A stretch of DNA of 64,000 nucleotides from the NCBI GenBank assembly GCA_012689375.1, contig JAAZLO010000088.1, positions 1,731 through 65,730 of the forward strand, written 5' to 3'. Each line of letters begins with the position of its first letter. Within the stretch, counting starts at the first letter, position 1. Position numbers and translations under genes: made by a program. This DNA comes from Bacillota bacterium. Its GTDB lineage: Bacteria; Bacillota; SHA-98; UBA4971. The notes beneath the pieces were generated by a model, which saw only the letters and a program-made list of their open reading frames with translations, was not told the DNA's origin and ran no database searches. Shown here piece after piece: positions 46,865 through 56,404 of the stretch.

Positions 46865-47125
46865 CTATCTTGGTTGTACAATTAATTTAATGGCTGTCCT
46901 TTCTTCCCCGTCAATTTGTACATCAGTAAATGCAGGAATCATTACCAGATCGACTCCGCTGGGTGCTACAAAACCTCTGGCAATGGCAACCGCTTTGACG
47001 GCTTGATTCAAAGCAGCCGCACCTACAGCCTGGACCTCAGCCCCTCCTCGTTCCCTTACAACTCCTGCCAACGCGCCTGCAACAGAATTAGGATTTGACT
47101 TAGCAGATACCTTAAGGACTTCCAT
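46865..47125 (-). CDS. spoVS: Stage V sporulation protein S
   Basis: MEVLKVSAKSNPNSVAGALAGVVRE... is highly characteristic; 86 aa. Confidence 0.96.
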   Translation of the reverse strand: MEVLKVSAKSNPNSVAGALAGVVRERGGAEVQAVGAAALNQAVKAVAIARGFVAPSGVDLVMIPAFTDVQIDGEERTAIKLIVQPR

Positions 47126-47201
47126 GTTAAAATCCCCCTTGTATAATCGATAATACAGGTCATGGATGATGTATTATATGCCAAGGTATTACATTCCTGC
47201 C

Positions 47202-47226
47202 GTATTTCCTATCTGATTGGAAATAC
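47202..47226 (-). terminator. 8-bp hairpin GTATTTCC/GGAAATAC between ymdB and spoVS (weak terminator or operator)
   Basis: Read directly. There is no clear U-tract. A perfect TATAAT lies just downstream on the minus strand, at 47171-47176 in plus-strand coordinates. Confidence 0.3.
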
Positions 47227-47237
47227 ATGAGATAAGA

Positions 47238-48023
47238 TTAACTAAGGGAAGCTTCCCTTATTCTTTCAATCTTTTTAGTTTTACCGGTACTGGCACCAAT
47301 ACTAAATACTGCCCCACACAGTTCACTTGGGCCTGAAGCGATTTGGAACTGCCGGGGGAGCCCTGTAAGGAAACGCTCCACTATAATATCGGATTTGACA
47401 CCCAGCACTGAATTTATCGGACCTGTCATACCTAAATCAGATATGAACCCTGTACCCCCAGGGAAAATCCTTTCATCTGCAGTTTGAACATGGGTATGTG
47501 TTCCTACAATACAGGCAACCCGTCCATCCAAAAACCAACCCATGGCTATTTTTTCAGAAGTTGCTTCAGCATGGAAGTCCACCACAATTAAATCACATTT
47601 CTGTGACAATTCACTTATAATTGAATCAGCAACTCTGAAGGGACAATCCACAGGTGACATAAAGACCCGGCCGATTAAGTTAACTACACCGAGCCGAATT
47701 CCATTTGACAGGCGTATGACGGTAGCCCCTTTTCCGGGCGCCCCGGGAGGATAATTGGCAGGACGTAAAACACGCGTGCTTTCTTGAAGAAAGTCATAAA
47801 ACTCCTTCTTCCGCCAGATGTGATTTCCGCTTGTCAGGATAGTTACTCCGAGATCAAGTAATTCTTCAGCAGTTTCTTTGGTAAGACCAAGGCCGCCTGC
47901 TGCATTTTCGCCGTTCGCTATAATAGCGTCAGGCTTGTAGGTATCTATAAGCCCGGGCAAGATAGTCTTTACTGCACGACGCCCCGGTCTGCCAACAATA
48001 TCACCGATAAAAAGAAGATGCAA
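47238..48023 (-). CDS. ymdB: YmdB-family metallophosphoesterase (2',3'-cyclic-nucleotide phosphodiesterase, TIGR00282-like)
   Basis: Motifs LLFIGDIVGRPGR and NGENAAGG. TTG start with an AAGGGGGA RBS. Confidence 0.92.
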   Translation of the reverse strand: MHLLFIGDIVGRPGRRAVKTILPGLIDTYKPDAIIANGENAAGGLGLTKETAEELLDLGVTILTSGNHIWRKKEFYDFLQESTRVLRPANYPPGAPGKGATVIRLSNGIRLGVVNLIGRVFMSPVDCPFRVADSIISELSQKCDLIVVDFHAEATSEKIAMGWFLDGRVACIVGTHTHVQTADERIFPGGTGFISDLGMTGPINSVLGVKSDIIVERFLTGLPRQFQIASGPSELCGAVFSIGASTGKTKKIERIREASLS

Positions 48024-48042
48024 CCGGAGTCCCCCTTAAATT

Positions 48043-48600
48043 TTAAGATTTTGTCTGTCCGGTTTGTTTATTGAAAACCAAAACGCGTCCTTCTTCCCGG
48101 AATCCTATAAGTTTCCTTTGTTGTACTGATTCCCTTAAATCATCCAGCATCGTCTCGATCATTTCATCCTGATATACTAATTCCTCCTCAAATTCACCAT
48201 CGCTGTTGCTGCCTTCAGCGATAAGTTCAGATCCTAACGATGATCTTGCAAGTTCGATTATTAGAGATATTTCCTCTTGCGTCAGCGTCTCGATATCCCG
48301 GGATATCTCTACAATTGATACATTACCGTATTCCAATAGTTCTACTTTAATTCCGGGGGTCCCCCTACGAACTAAGAAGGCATATGCTTCTACACTCTCC
48401 AAAAGCCTATTGCGGAAATCGTCCCATAGTCGATCAGAGATCGGTGACGCCGTCATAAACGTAAACTTAAGTATTTTACCTTCAGGGACGAAATTCACCG
48501 TTGCTATCTCTGGATAACGAACTAATATTGAAATAAGAAGGCTCACGCTATTTGCTGTGCTGTCTGAGATGGTTTTTAATTGGACACCTGCATCATCCAT
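48043..48600 (-). CDS. Acidic hypothetical protein between rny and ymdB
   Basis: The ORF has a good RBS, with GGAGGG 9-10 nt upstream of ATG 48600, and stops 19 nt before ymdB. I recognise no motif. It is rich in D/E. Confidence 0.6.
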   Translation of the reverse strand: MDDAGVQLKTISDSTANSVSLLISILVRYPEIATVNFVPEGKILKFTFMTASPISDRLWDDFRNRLLESVEAYAFLVRRGTPGIKVELLEYGNVSIVEISRDIETLTQEEISLIIELARSSLGSELIAEGSNSDGEFEEELVYQDEMIETMLDDLRESVQQRKLIGFREEGRVLVFNKQTGQTKS

Positions 48601-48696
48601 CGGGATCACCCCTCCTTACGACCTGATCCTATAGCCTAACCGGAAATTCATCATGAACATGAAAATTCCTGCTAAAACAATTTTCAAGTGCGTTGT

Positions 48697-48719
48697 CGGG
48701 GCGGACTTTATCCGCCCCG
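48697..48719 (-). terminator. GC-rich hairpin 23 nt after the rny stop (9-bp stem CGGGGCGGA/TCCGCCCCG), no clear U-tract
   Basis: Read directly. It may be a partial terminator or processing/stability element separating rny from the downstream orphan-ymdB genes. Confidence 0.45.
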
Positions 48720-48742
48720 CCTTTAACCTAATTGATTCCTAC

Positions 48743-50263
48743 TTATTTTGCGTAGTCCACCACACGGGTCTCACGAATTACAGTAACTTTAATTTGCCCG
48801 GGATAATCAAGTTCCTTTTCAATCTTTGAGATGATATCCCTTGTCAAACGGACTGCAGCCAAATCATCAATTTGATCAGGCTTTACCATTATCCTTATTT
48901 CCCGCCCCGCTTGAATTGCAAAGGATTTTTCGACCCCTTCAAAGGAATCCGCAACTTCTTCTAACTTAGTCAGACGTTTCATATATGCTTCCAATGTCTC
49001 ACGTCTTGCACCCGGACGTGCCGCTGATATTGCATCAGCAGCCTGCACAAGAACCGCCTCTATCGTATGGGGATCTTCATCACCGTGGTGGGCAGCAATT
49101 GCATGGATAACCTCAGGTGATTCCTTATATTTTCGTGCTATATCCACACCTATTTGTACGTGTGGACCTTCAACTTCATGATCTATGGCTTTGCCAATAT
49201 CATGGAGTAATCCGGCCCTTTTGGCTACCATTACGTTGGCACCCAGCTCAGCCGCCATACCCGCGGCGAGATAAGCCACCTCAATGGAATGCTTCAGGAC
49301 ATTTTGGCCGAAGCTGGATCTAAATCTTAACCTCCCAAGCAACCGGATTAGGTCAGGGTTAAGGCCGTGGACCCCCACTTCGATGGCTGCCCCTTCCCCT
49401 TCTTCTTTTATTATATTATCAACTTCTTTTTGTGCCTTTTCCACCATTTCCTCAATCCTGGCAGGATGGATTCGGCCGTCATTGATAAGCTTTTCCAATG
49501 CAACTTTGGCTATTTCACGTCTAACAGGATCAAACGCTGATAGGATCACCGCTTCGGGAGTATCATCAATAATAAGATCAACGCCTGTAAGAGTCTCAAG
49601 GGCTCTTATATTTCTTCCTTCTCTCCCAATGATCCTTCCCTTCATTTCATCGCTGGGGAGCGCTACCACGGAAACACTTGTTTCAGCTACATGGTCTGCA
49701 GCATAACGCTGGATTGCGGTAGCAATAATCTCCCTCGCACTTCTGTCTGCTTCTTCTTTTGTTTGTGCCTTAATATCCCGAATCATTATAGCAGCTTCGT
49801 GGTGAAGTTCCTCTTCAATACTTTTCATAAGGAGTTCCCGGGCTTCATCCTGTGATAGCCCTGACAATCTTTCGAGCTCAGCTCTTTGTTCCTCGTAAAC
49901 TTGTGTGAGCTCACTTCTAATAGCGTCGAGTTCTTTCTTTTTCCTATTTATAGCTTCCTCTTTACGCTCGATAGCTTCTCCCTTACGATCAAGGTTTTCT
50001 TCTTTTTGAAAAAGCCGCCTTTCACTTCTTTGGAGTTCTGCCCGACGTACACGGCTTTCTTGTTCAATCTCAGTACGAAGACGGTGGGCCTCCTCCTTGG
50101 ATTCCAGGAGGATTTCCCTCTTGGCTGCCTCTGCTTCTTTTTTAGCTTCTTCTACTATTTTTTCAGCGGCTTGTTCCGCGGAACCAATCTTTGCTTCGGC
50201 GAGTATTCGCCTAATAAAATAGCCGGCGGCAAAACCTGCCACAATGGCGGCTATTGCTGTCAA
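48743..50263 (-). CDS. rny: Ribonuclease Y
   Basis: KH domain ([17 protein letters not shown]) and HD domain ([12 protein letters not shown]). The ORF-track start is TTG 50263. The real start is probably further upstream, at in-frame ATT 50278 (see findings). Confidence 0.95.
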   Translation of the reverse strand: MTAIAAIVAGFAAGYFIRRILAEAKIGSAEQAAEKIVEEAKKEAEAAKREILLESKEEAHRLRTEIEQESRVRRAELQRSERRLFQKEENLDRKGEAIERKEEAINRKKKELDAIRSELTQVYEEQRAELERLSGLSQDEARELLMKSIEEELHHEAAIMIRDIKAQTKEEADRSAREIIATAIQRYAADHVAETSVSVVALPSDEMKGRIIGREGRNIRALETLTGVDLIIDDTPEAVILSAFDPVRREIAKVALEKLINDGRIHPARIEEMVEKAQKEVDNIIKEEGEGAAIEVGVHGLNPDLIRLLGRLRFRSSFGQNVLKHSIEVAYLAAGMAAELGANVMVAKRAGLLHDIGKAIDHEVEGPHVQIGVDIARKYKESPEVIHAIAAHHGDEDPHTIEAVLVQAADAISAARPGARRETLEAYMKRLTKLEEVADSFEGVEKSFAIQAGREIRIMVKPDQIDDLAAVRLTRDIISKIEKELDYPGQIKVTVIRETRVVDYAK

Positions 50264-50293
50264 TACATTTGCAGTAATACTGTATACACCTCC

Positions 50294-50400
50294 TTCTCAC
50301 GAATAAGGCCGAGTTCGGACTCGGCCACCAGATAAAGAACTTTTTATCTCGTCGCTTGGTCTAGTGCCGGAACCTACATCTCCGGTAGGAACCGGAATTC
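50294..50400 (-). promoter_or_regulatory. Structured ~105-nt rny 5' leader with three hairpins
   Basis: Hairpins lie at 50367-50395 (CCGG..CCTAC/GTAGG..CCGG), 50330-50349 (AGATAAA/TTTATCT) and 50307-50326 (GGCCGAGT-CCGA-ACTCGGCC, followed by UUAUUC). Confidence 0.5.
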
Positions 50401-50406
50401 AACGAT

Positions 50407-50435
50407 ATTTTACCCCTTTGGCATACGAGTGTCAA
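50407..50435 (-). promoter_or_regulatory. Sigma-A-type promoter for rny: TTGACA-17 nt-TAAAAT
   Basis: The -35 is at 50430-50435 and the -10 at 50407-50412 on the minus strand. Confidence 0.6.
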
Positions 50436-50506
50436 GGTAAACGCAGGGTACCAAAACCCAGCTGGTTATGGGAAACAACCAAGGCTCGAGTTGTCTCTCA
50501 GGTGGC

Positions 50507-50971
50507 TTATGTTAACACTTGTTTTATTGTTTTGCCAATGATATCGGATCTGAATCCGCGTCTTTCTAAATAGGCATAAAGCCTTCTCATGGTTTTCTCC
50601 TTATTACTGATATTCTTCCGTGAAATCCACCGTTTTGCGAGTTCCAGTGCATTAGCTTCTTCCTTGCCTTCTTGGAAAACCTCCCTCACAGCATTTTCAG
50701 CCATATTTTTTGGAATACCGTGATTCCTTAGTTCAACAAAAACCCGGCGTGGTCCGAAAAGACTGTATGTTGCCCTCATATTTGCAAAATGCATAGCATA
50801 TTTTTCGTCATTAACATAGCCCAAGGCTTCCATCTCTGTGATGATAGCATCAATAATCCCATCATCAAAGCCTTTACGTTTCAGTCTGTTGATCAGATCT
50901 GATCTGGTACGATCTTTAATCGTAAGGAGGCGGAGGACATATTGCCTACCGCGCTTTCTAGACTTTTCCAT
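50507..50971 (-). CDS. recX: Recombination regulator RecX
   Basis: 154-aa helical-repeat protein directly downstream of recA. Confidence 0.85.
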   Translation of the reverse strand: MEKSRKRGRQYVLRLLTIKDRTRSDLINRLKRKGFDDGIIDAIITEMEALGYVNDEKYAMHFANMRATYSLFGPRRVFVELRNHGIPKNMAENAVREVFQEGKEEANALELAKRWISRKNISNKEKTMRRLYAYLERRGFRSDIIGKTIKQVLT

Positions 50972-51080
50972 ATTTAATGTTAGTGTCCATTATTAATATT
51001 GATATATACATTACCGCCATTACCATACATGTTCCCGTACCATAAGAAAAGTCCTCCCGTTTACGAGCCACTCCTCAAGA

Positions 51081-51107
51081 ATAAAAAAGGAAGGATAGCA
51101 TCCTTCC
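51081..51107 (-). terminator. Rho-independent terminator after recA
   Basis: On the minus strand, GGAAGGAT-gct-ATCCTTCC is followed by TTTTTTATT. Confidence 0.8.
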
Positions 51108-51165
51108 TGAATCAAGGTGGCAGACAACCATATACCACGATATTTATAAGTGAAAACATAGATGC

Positions 51166-52200
51166 TTACTTAGACTTTTTATCCCCATCTGCCTGAGATT
51201 CTTTAATAGGTTTGAGGCCCACCAATTCTCTGACTTTCTTCTCAACTTCTTTGCTGATATCAGGGTTTTCCTTCAGGAAAGTCCTTGCATTTTCTCTGCC
51301 CTGCCCCATTTTTATATCACCATATGAATACCAAGTCCCGTTCCTGGTTATAATGTCGTGAGTCTCCCCCATATCAAGTATGGTCCCCTCGCGGGAGATT
51401 CCTTCACCATAGAGTATATCAAATTCAGCATCGCGGAAAGGGGGGGCAATCTTGTTTTTAACTACCCTGGCTCTGGTACGGCTGCCTATTATTTGTTGAC
51501 CCTGTTTTAAGGCTTCCACTCTTCTAATTTCCAAGCGTACAGTAGAATAAAATTTAAGGGCGCGGCCCCCCGGTGTAACCTCAGGGTTTCCAAACATAAT
51601 TCCGACTTTTTCACGTATTTGATTAATAAATATGGCGCAAGTCCGTGACTTCCCTATGACTGCAGTCAGTTTTCTCAAGGCTTGCGACATGAGCCTGGCT
51701 TGCAATCCAACATGGGAGTCCCCCATTTCGCCTTCAATCTCCGCCCTCGGAGTTAATGCCGCAACGGAATCTATTACCACTACGTCCAAAGCACCGCTCC
51801 TGACAAGCGCCTCAGCTATTTCCAAGGCTTGTTCTCCTGTATCAGGCTGTGAAATAAGAAGGTTATCAGTATCAACCCCAAGTCTGTTGGCATAAGTCGG
51901 ATCTAAGGCATGCTCCGCATCAATAAAGGCTGCAATACCCCCGGCCTTTTGTGCTTCGGCAATTATATGGAGGGCAACAGTTGTTTTACCTGAAGATTCC
52001 GGACCATAAATCTCTGTAACCCGCCCCCGCGGCATACCGCCCGCTCCTAAAGCAATATCCAAAGTCAGAGCTCCTGTAGGGATTGTATCTATACCCAATT
52101 GAGTATCTGTATCACCCAATTTCATAACAGAACCTTTCCCGAATTGTTTTTCTATTTGGGATAAAGCCATATCAAGTGCCTTTTTCTTATCATTATCCAT
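51166..52200 (-). CDS. recA: Recombinase RecA
   Basis: [13 protein letters not shown] and GPESSGKTT, over the canonical full length. Confidence 0.98.
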   Translation of the reverse strand: MDNDKKKALDMALSQIEKQFGKGSVMKLGDTDTQLGIDTIPTGALTLDIALGAGGMPRGRVTEIYGPESSGKTTVALHIIAEAQKAGGIAAFIDAEHALDPTYANRLGVDTDNLLISQPDTGEQALEIAEALVRSGALDVVVIDSVAALTPRAEIEGEMGDSHVGLQARLMSQALRKLTAVIGKSRTCAIFINQIREKVGIMFGNPEVTPGGRALKFYSTVRLEIRRVEALKQGQQIIGSRTRARVVKNKIAPPFRDAEFDILYGEGISREGTILDMGETHDIITRNGTWYSYGDIKMGQGRENARTFLKENPDISKEVEKKVRELVGLKPIKESQADGDKKSK

Positions 52201-52235
52201 GGGGTTCCCCTTCCCTCTTATACTTGTCCCAATTA

Positions 52236-52264
52236 ATTGTATCCCACTTTTCCTCCGACCTCAA
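52236..52264 (-). promoter_or_regulatory. Candidate sigma-A promoter for recA: TTGAGG-17 nt-TACAAT
   Basis: Read on the minus strand, about 35 nt upstream of the recA ATG. Confidence 0.4.
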
Positions 52265-52322
52265 CACTCATAATTAGCCGTCAGCCTTTCCAAACATCAC
52301 ATGGGAACCGGGAATCCATGCA

Positions 52323-52336
52323 GGAACATTTGTTCC
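52323..52336. promoter_or_regulatory. LexA (Cheo/SOS) box GGAACATTTGTTCC
   Basis: Palindromic GAAC-N4-GTTC core about 125 nt upstream of the recA start. Confidence 0.6.
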
Positions 52337-52348
52337 CTATTTAGCTCA

Positions 52349-52945
52349 TTATATCGTACCCGTGCATTGTATATCAGAGGGAAGATCAAGCCTAACAATA
52401 TCGATTGTGTTATATATTGGTCCTTTCGCCGTCAATTCGCTTGCAGTAAATCGGACTTCCTCAACTTCCATAGTACCTGTTATATCAAAACCTAAGTCTA
52501 GCTTTTCCCGTAACGGCCTGAGATTCCGAGCTGATCTGATCCTTCCTATGGTCAGATGGGGGGAGAAGTTTTTACCATCATGTATGAAACCTTCTATTTT
52601 CATTGCTTCCCTTACCATATGTGTAAGATTGAGTAATTGCTTACTGCCATCACTTACGCCGATCCAGAGCACTCTGGGATTCCGAAAATTGGGAAAGGCA
52701 CCTGTCCCATTCAGTTTAAGATTAAACCGGGAAAACCCGGTAAGGCATTTTTTGAGGGTATGTATAATGTTAGGAATACGCACATTTTCAACGTCCCCTA
52801 GAAACTGTAACGTAAAATGAAGGTTTGAAGGTTCAACCCATTTGATATCCGTCCCGCTGTTTGCAAGTTTTTTTTGAACCATTGTTACTTCCTTATAAAG
52901 GGACGGGCAAAGAAAAATTGCGATAAAGCACCGCACAGTATTCAC
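52349..52945 (-). CDS. thpR: RNA 2',3'-cyclic phosphodiesterase (2H family, LigT/ThpR)
   Basis: Two HxT motifs (HFTLQFLG and HLTIGR). Confidence 0.88.
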   Translation of the reverse strand: MNTVRCFIAIFLCPSLYKEVTMVQKKLANSGTDIKWVEPSNLHFTLQFLGDVENVRIPNIIHTLKKCLTGFSRFNLKLNGTGAFPNFRNPRVLWIGVSDGSKQLLNLTHMVREAMKIEGFIHDGKNFSPHLTIGRIRSARNLRPLREKLDLGFDITGTMEVEEVRFTASELTAKGPIYNTIDIVRLDLPSDIQCTGTI

Positions 52946-53091
52946 TTTGAATCCTCCGGTTTCTTATAGCCGGCAATTATGTAGTAATCTGCCGGGAATA
53001 ATATAGTCATCCTTTCACTTTCTCCGTTTTAGAATTCTACAAATTTTTGATATTGCCTTCCGTTATTGCCCTACTATCCTATAAATCCAAC

Positions 53092-54336
53092 TTAATGGTG
53101 ATGTAATAAATGTCTTCTAAGAATATCCAGGCTCTTTTTAGCTGCCCTTTCTTTTATTTCGCCGCGTGCCCCAAAAAATTGAAAGCGTCCGGAGGTCATA
53201 CCCTTTCCCCATGCAAGTGCAATGTATACGAGCCCTATGCTATGCATATCGTTGTCTTTTGCGGGTCCCGCCACACCTGTTGTGGCTATTGATAAGTCCG
53301 CCTTTGACAGGAGAAGAATTCCTTTCGCCATCCTGAGGGCGATCTCTCTGCTTACTGCTGAATACCGCTGTATGTCCGGGGCCGGTATTCCAAGCATTTG
53401 TATTTTTGCCTCATTACTGTAACTCGTTGCTGCAAAGCCCAGTACTTGGGAGCAACCAGGCACTTCAGTGAGTTTGTGGGAAATAAGCCCTCCGGTAATT
53501 GATTCTGCCAACGCACATTTCATTTGACGCTCTTTTAAGAGTCTTACAACTGCATCTTGAAGTTCGTCATCTTCAGTCCCGTAAATATCGTGCCCCAAAC
53601 GCTGTCGCAGTTTAGTTTCGACTTTCTCTATTAATGAATCGGCTTCCTCAATAGAGGGGGCCTTCGCAGTAATTCTTAGCTTAACTTCCCCCAAAGACAC
53701 CAGCGGGGCGATGGTTGGGTTGGATTCCCCATGGAGATAGTCCTTTATTCTTCTTTCAACTTCACCTTCTCCCGGACCGCAGATTTTCAAGATTTTAGAG
53801 GTAATGATCTCACTTTTACCTATGATTTTAGAAAGATAAGGGATGACAGTATAATCCATCATAGATTGCATTTCTCCGGGTACACCAGGGAGGCAAATAA
53901 TTTTCTTACCCGTTTTATTAATTATAAAGCCACATGCCGTGCCACGAAGGTTTGGTATTAAGGTTGCGCCTTCAGGTATCTGAACCGAGTGTTCCAAGCT
54001 TAATGAATTTGGGTACCCTCTCCTTTTTAAAACGGAGCGACTGTATTCAGCCGCTTCGTGGGAATATATTTGACGAATACCTAAAGCTTCGGCTACTACT
54101 TCCCTGGTTATATCATCCTCAGTCGGACCCAGTCCTCCGGTGATAATTACAATATCTACACGGCGGAGGGCCTCACGGAGCGAGGCTATGGCCCTTAATT
54201 TATTGTCCCCCACTGTCGTTTTATGATAAAGATTAATTCCGATATCTGCTAACTTCCGGCCGATATAGGCTGAATTTGTATCAACTACATGGCCGAGAAG
54301 TAATTCAGTGCCAATACTTAGAATCTCCGCATTCAA
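53092..54336 (-). CDS. cinA: Competence/damage-inducible protein CinA (MoCF-binding plus NMN deamidase domains)
   Basis: MNAEILSIGTELLLG...ITGGLGPTEDD at the N-terminus plus a C-terminal PncC-like domain. Classic position upstream of recA. Confidence 0.93.
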   Translation of the reverse strand: MNAEILSIGTELLLGHVVDTNSAYIGRKLADIGINLYHKTTVGDNKLRAIASLREALRRVDIVIITGGLGPTEDDITREVVAEALGIRQIYSHEAAEYSRSVLKRRGYPNSLSLEHSVQIPEGATLIPNLRGTACGFIINKTGKKIICLPGVPGEMQSMMDYTVIPYLSKIIGKSEIITSKILKICGPGEGEVERRIKDYLHGESNPTIAPLVSLGEVKLRITAKAPSIEEADSLIEKVETKLRQRLGHDIYGTEDDELQDAVVRLLKERQMKCALAESITGGLISHKLTEVPGCSQVLGFAATSYSNEAKIQMLGIPAPDIQRYSAVSREIALRMAKGILLLSKADLSIATTGVAGPAKDNDMHSIGLVYIALAWGKGMTSGRFQFFGARGEIKERAAKKSLDILRRHLLHHH

Positions 54337-54397
54337 ACTAAAAAGCCTCCTTGCACAGCCAAGTTAAAGTAAATGCTGTTTCCGGACAAGCAAGCAT

Positions 54398-55894
54398 TTA
54401 TGTATCTTCCGTGCCCAGCATCTTTCGGAAAATATCCCCTTCAATCCTTCCGGATTCAGTTATAAAAGCACTTATTTCTTTGAGGGCATCCAACTTTGAT
54501 TTTAAAATTCCACTTGCCTTTTCCTCCTGTGTTTTCAAAATGCCAGTTATTATTTCATGGTATAATTCTTTTGGCAATTCCTCAAGATCGACAATCCCTG
54601 CTTCAGACATCCCGGATTTAATAAGTTTACGCGAAATTTCCAAGGCCTGTTCAAAATCCTTCGATGAACTCGTGGATTTGGAAGCAAATATGAGCTCTTC
54701 TGCAACTGAGCCTGCCAAGAGTATTGCTATCTGGTTTTCCAGATAGGTGCGGGTGTAAATATGGGAGTCCTCCTCCTGGGATTGCCTTATATAACCCAAG
54801 GATTGCCCCCGGGGCATTATAGTAATGGCTGATACGGATCCGGGTCTTAACACCTCACTGACTATTCCATGGCCTACTTCATGATGGGCTATCCTGTCTA
54901 TTTCCTCTTTACCGGGGCGGCGATCTAGTTTTTCCCCCATAATTACTTTATCTATTGCTTCCCTGAGTTCTTCCTGCCCGATAAGGGTTTTAGATTTACG
55001 CATTGCCAGGATCGCAGCTTCATTTATCAAGCTTTCCAGATGGGCACCGGAAAATCCCAAAGTGTCCCTGGCAATTTCATTAAAGTCCACACTGTTTTCC
55101 AGTGGCTTCCCTTTTGAATGTATTTCTAATATGTGTAACCTGCCCTTTTTGTCCGGGAGATTAACCTGGACTATTCGATCAAACCTTCCGGGCCTCAGAA
55201 GAGCGGGATCAAGTAGATCAGCCCTGTTTGTAGCAGCAATTACCAACACCTTAACATCATCATACAGATTAATTCCATCCATTTCTACAAGCAATTGATT
55301 AAGGGTCTGATCGTATTCGAGATGGCTTGTATGCCTCCCCCGTTTTCCCCCGATAACCTCTATTTCATCTATAAATATCGTAGCGGAATCGCATTTTTCA
55401 CGCAATGCGGATGTTCTTGCCGCAGAAAATAGTTGACGTACCCGCTGCGCCCCTACACCTGCATACATTTCTATAAATTCCGATCCGGATGATGCAATAA
55501 AGACACTCCTTGTATGGTTGGCAGCAGCCTTGGCGAGAAGGGTCTTGCCTGTACCGGGAGGGCCTGTGAGGAGAATGCCTTTTAAGGGTTTTATTCCTAA
55601 CCTTTTTACATTCTCTAAATCAACCATGAATTTCAATGCCTCGATAAGTTCCCGTTTTGGGACCTCCTGCCCGCCGACATCATCGAATTGGATCTTTAGA
55701 CCCTCTCTGTTAGGTCTGTTTCCCTCCATATTCTTAAACCGCTTTACAGTTGCCGATCCTGAACGTATAAACCAAATAGCCACTACGAGTATTCCAAGTA
55801 AAAGAAATACTGTTATATCATAGCCTGAGGCAACTAAATAAATAATTCCGGCAAGGGCTGCCCCAAACCCAACTTCCTTTGCCATGGAATGCAT
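54398..55894 (-). CDS. Short FtsH-like AAA+ zinc metalloprotease (no extracytoplasmic domain)
   Basis: Walker A GPPGTGKT, Walker B FIDEIE, SRH ATNRADLLDPALLRPGRFDR, and HEVGH zinc site. Two adjacent N-terminal TM helices. Only 498 aa. Confidence 0.85.
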   Translation of the reverse strand: MHSMAKEVGFGAALAGIIYLVASGYDITVFLLLGILVVAIWFIRSGSATVKRFKNMEGNRPNREGLKIQFDDVGGQEVPKRELIEALKFMVDLENVKRLGIKPLKGILLTGPPGTGKTLLAKAAANHTRSVFIASSGSEFIEMYAGVGAQRVRQLFSAARTSALREKCDSATIFIDEIEVIGGKRGRHTSHLEYDQTLNQLLVEMDGINLYDDVKVLVIAATNRADLLDPALLRPGRFDRIVQVNLPDKKGRLHILEIHSKGKPLENSVDFNEIARDTLGFSGAHLESLINEAAILAMRKSKTLIGQEELREAIDKVIMGEKLDRRPGKEEIDRIAHHEVGHGIVSEVLRPGSVSAITIMPRGQSLGYIRQSQEEDSHIYTRTYLENQIAILLAGSVAEELIFASKSTSSSKDFEQALEISRKLIKSGMSEAGIVDLEELPKELYHEIITGILKTQEEKASGILKSKLDALKEISAFITESGRIEGDIFRKMLGTEDT

Positions 55895-55903
55895 TTCATC
55901 CTT

Positions 55904-56404
55904 TCACCTAGAGATAATTTCATAAAGGTAACTTTCCCTTTGATGCAACTGCACATATATATAATCCGAATCTATCCCGACGTCCCACTTGTCAAGGCCG
56001 GCTTTTTTTGCTTTTTCATCTATTGCCTGTGACATATCATAAAAGCTCCCTCTTGCCAATGCCTCTTCAATATGAATACGCATAGAATAGAAAATTTCTT
56101 CAAGCATAGGGTTACGCTCATCTGTTATATCAATAACAAAAGGGGTTTTACCTAGGATTTCAGTAATATCTGCCCGAAGTTGGGCATATAGTGACTGAAG
56201 GACTTTGACATCATTAGGCTTGATCTTCACGTGTAAACCATCTGTATGCGTATAAATACTATAATCCGCTATACAGGTTTGTGTTTGGAAATATTGGTGA
56301 AGGGGTTTGCTCACCCGGAGATTGTAACATGCAGCTTTACCCCCATAGAGTATCAAAAGCACAATAATAAATGTTACCGCAATTCGCCTAACATTAAGCC
56401 CCAT
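55904..56404 (-). CDS. Hypothetical membrane-anchored protein
   Basis: ORF with an N-terminal TM helix (IAVTFIIVLLILYGG). It stops 9 nt before the FtsH-like gene. The start is uncertain (ATG 56404, or 56497 in the track). Confidence 0.55.
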   Translation of the reverse strand: MGLNVRRIAVTFIIVLLILYGGKAACYNLRVSKPLHQYFQTQTCIADYSIYTHTDGLHVKIKPNDVKVLQSLYAQLRADITEILGKTPFVIDITDERNPMLEEIFYSMRIHIEEALARGSFYDMSQAIDEKAKKAGLDKWDVGIDSDYIYVQLHQRESYLYEIISR

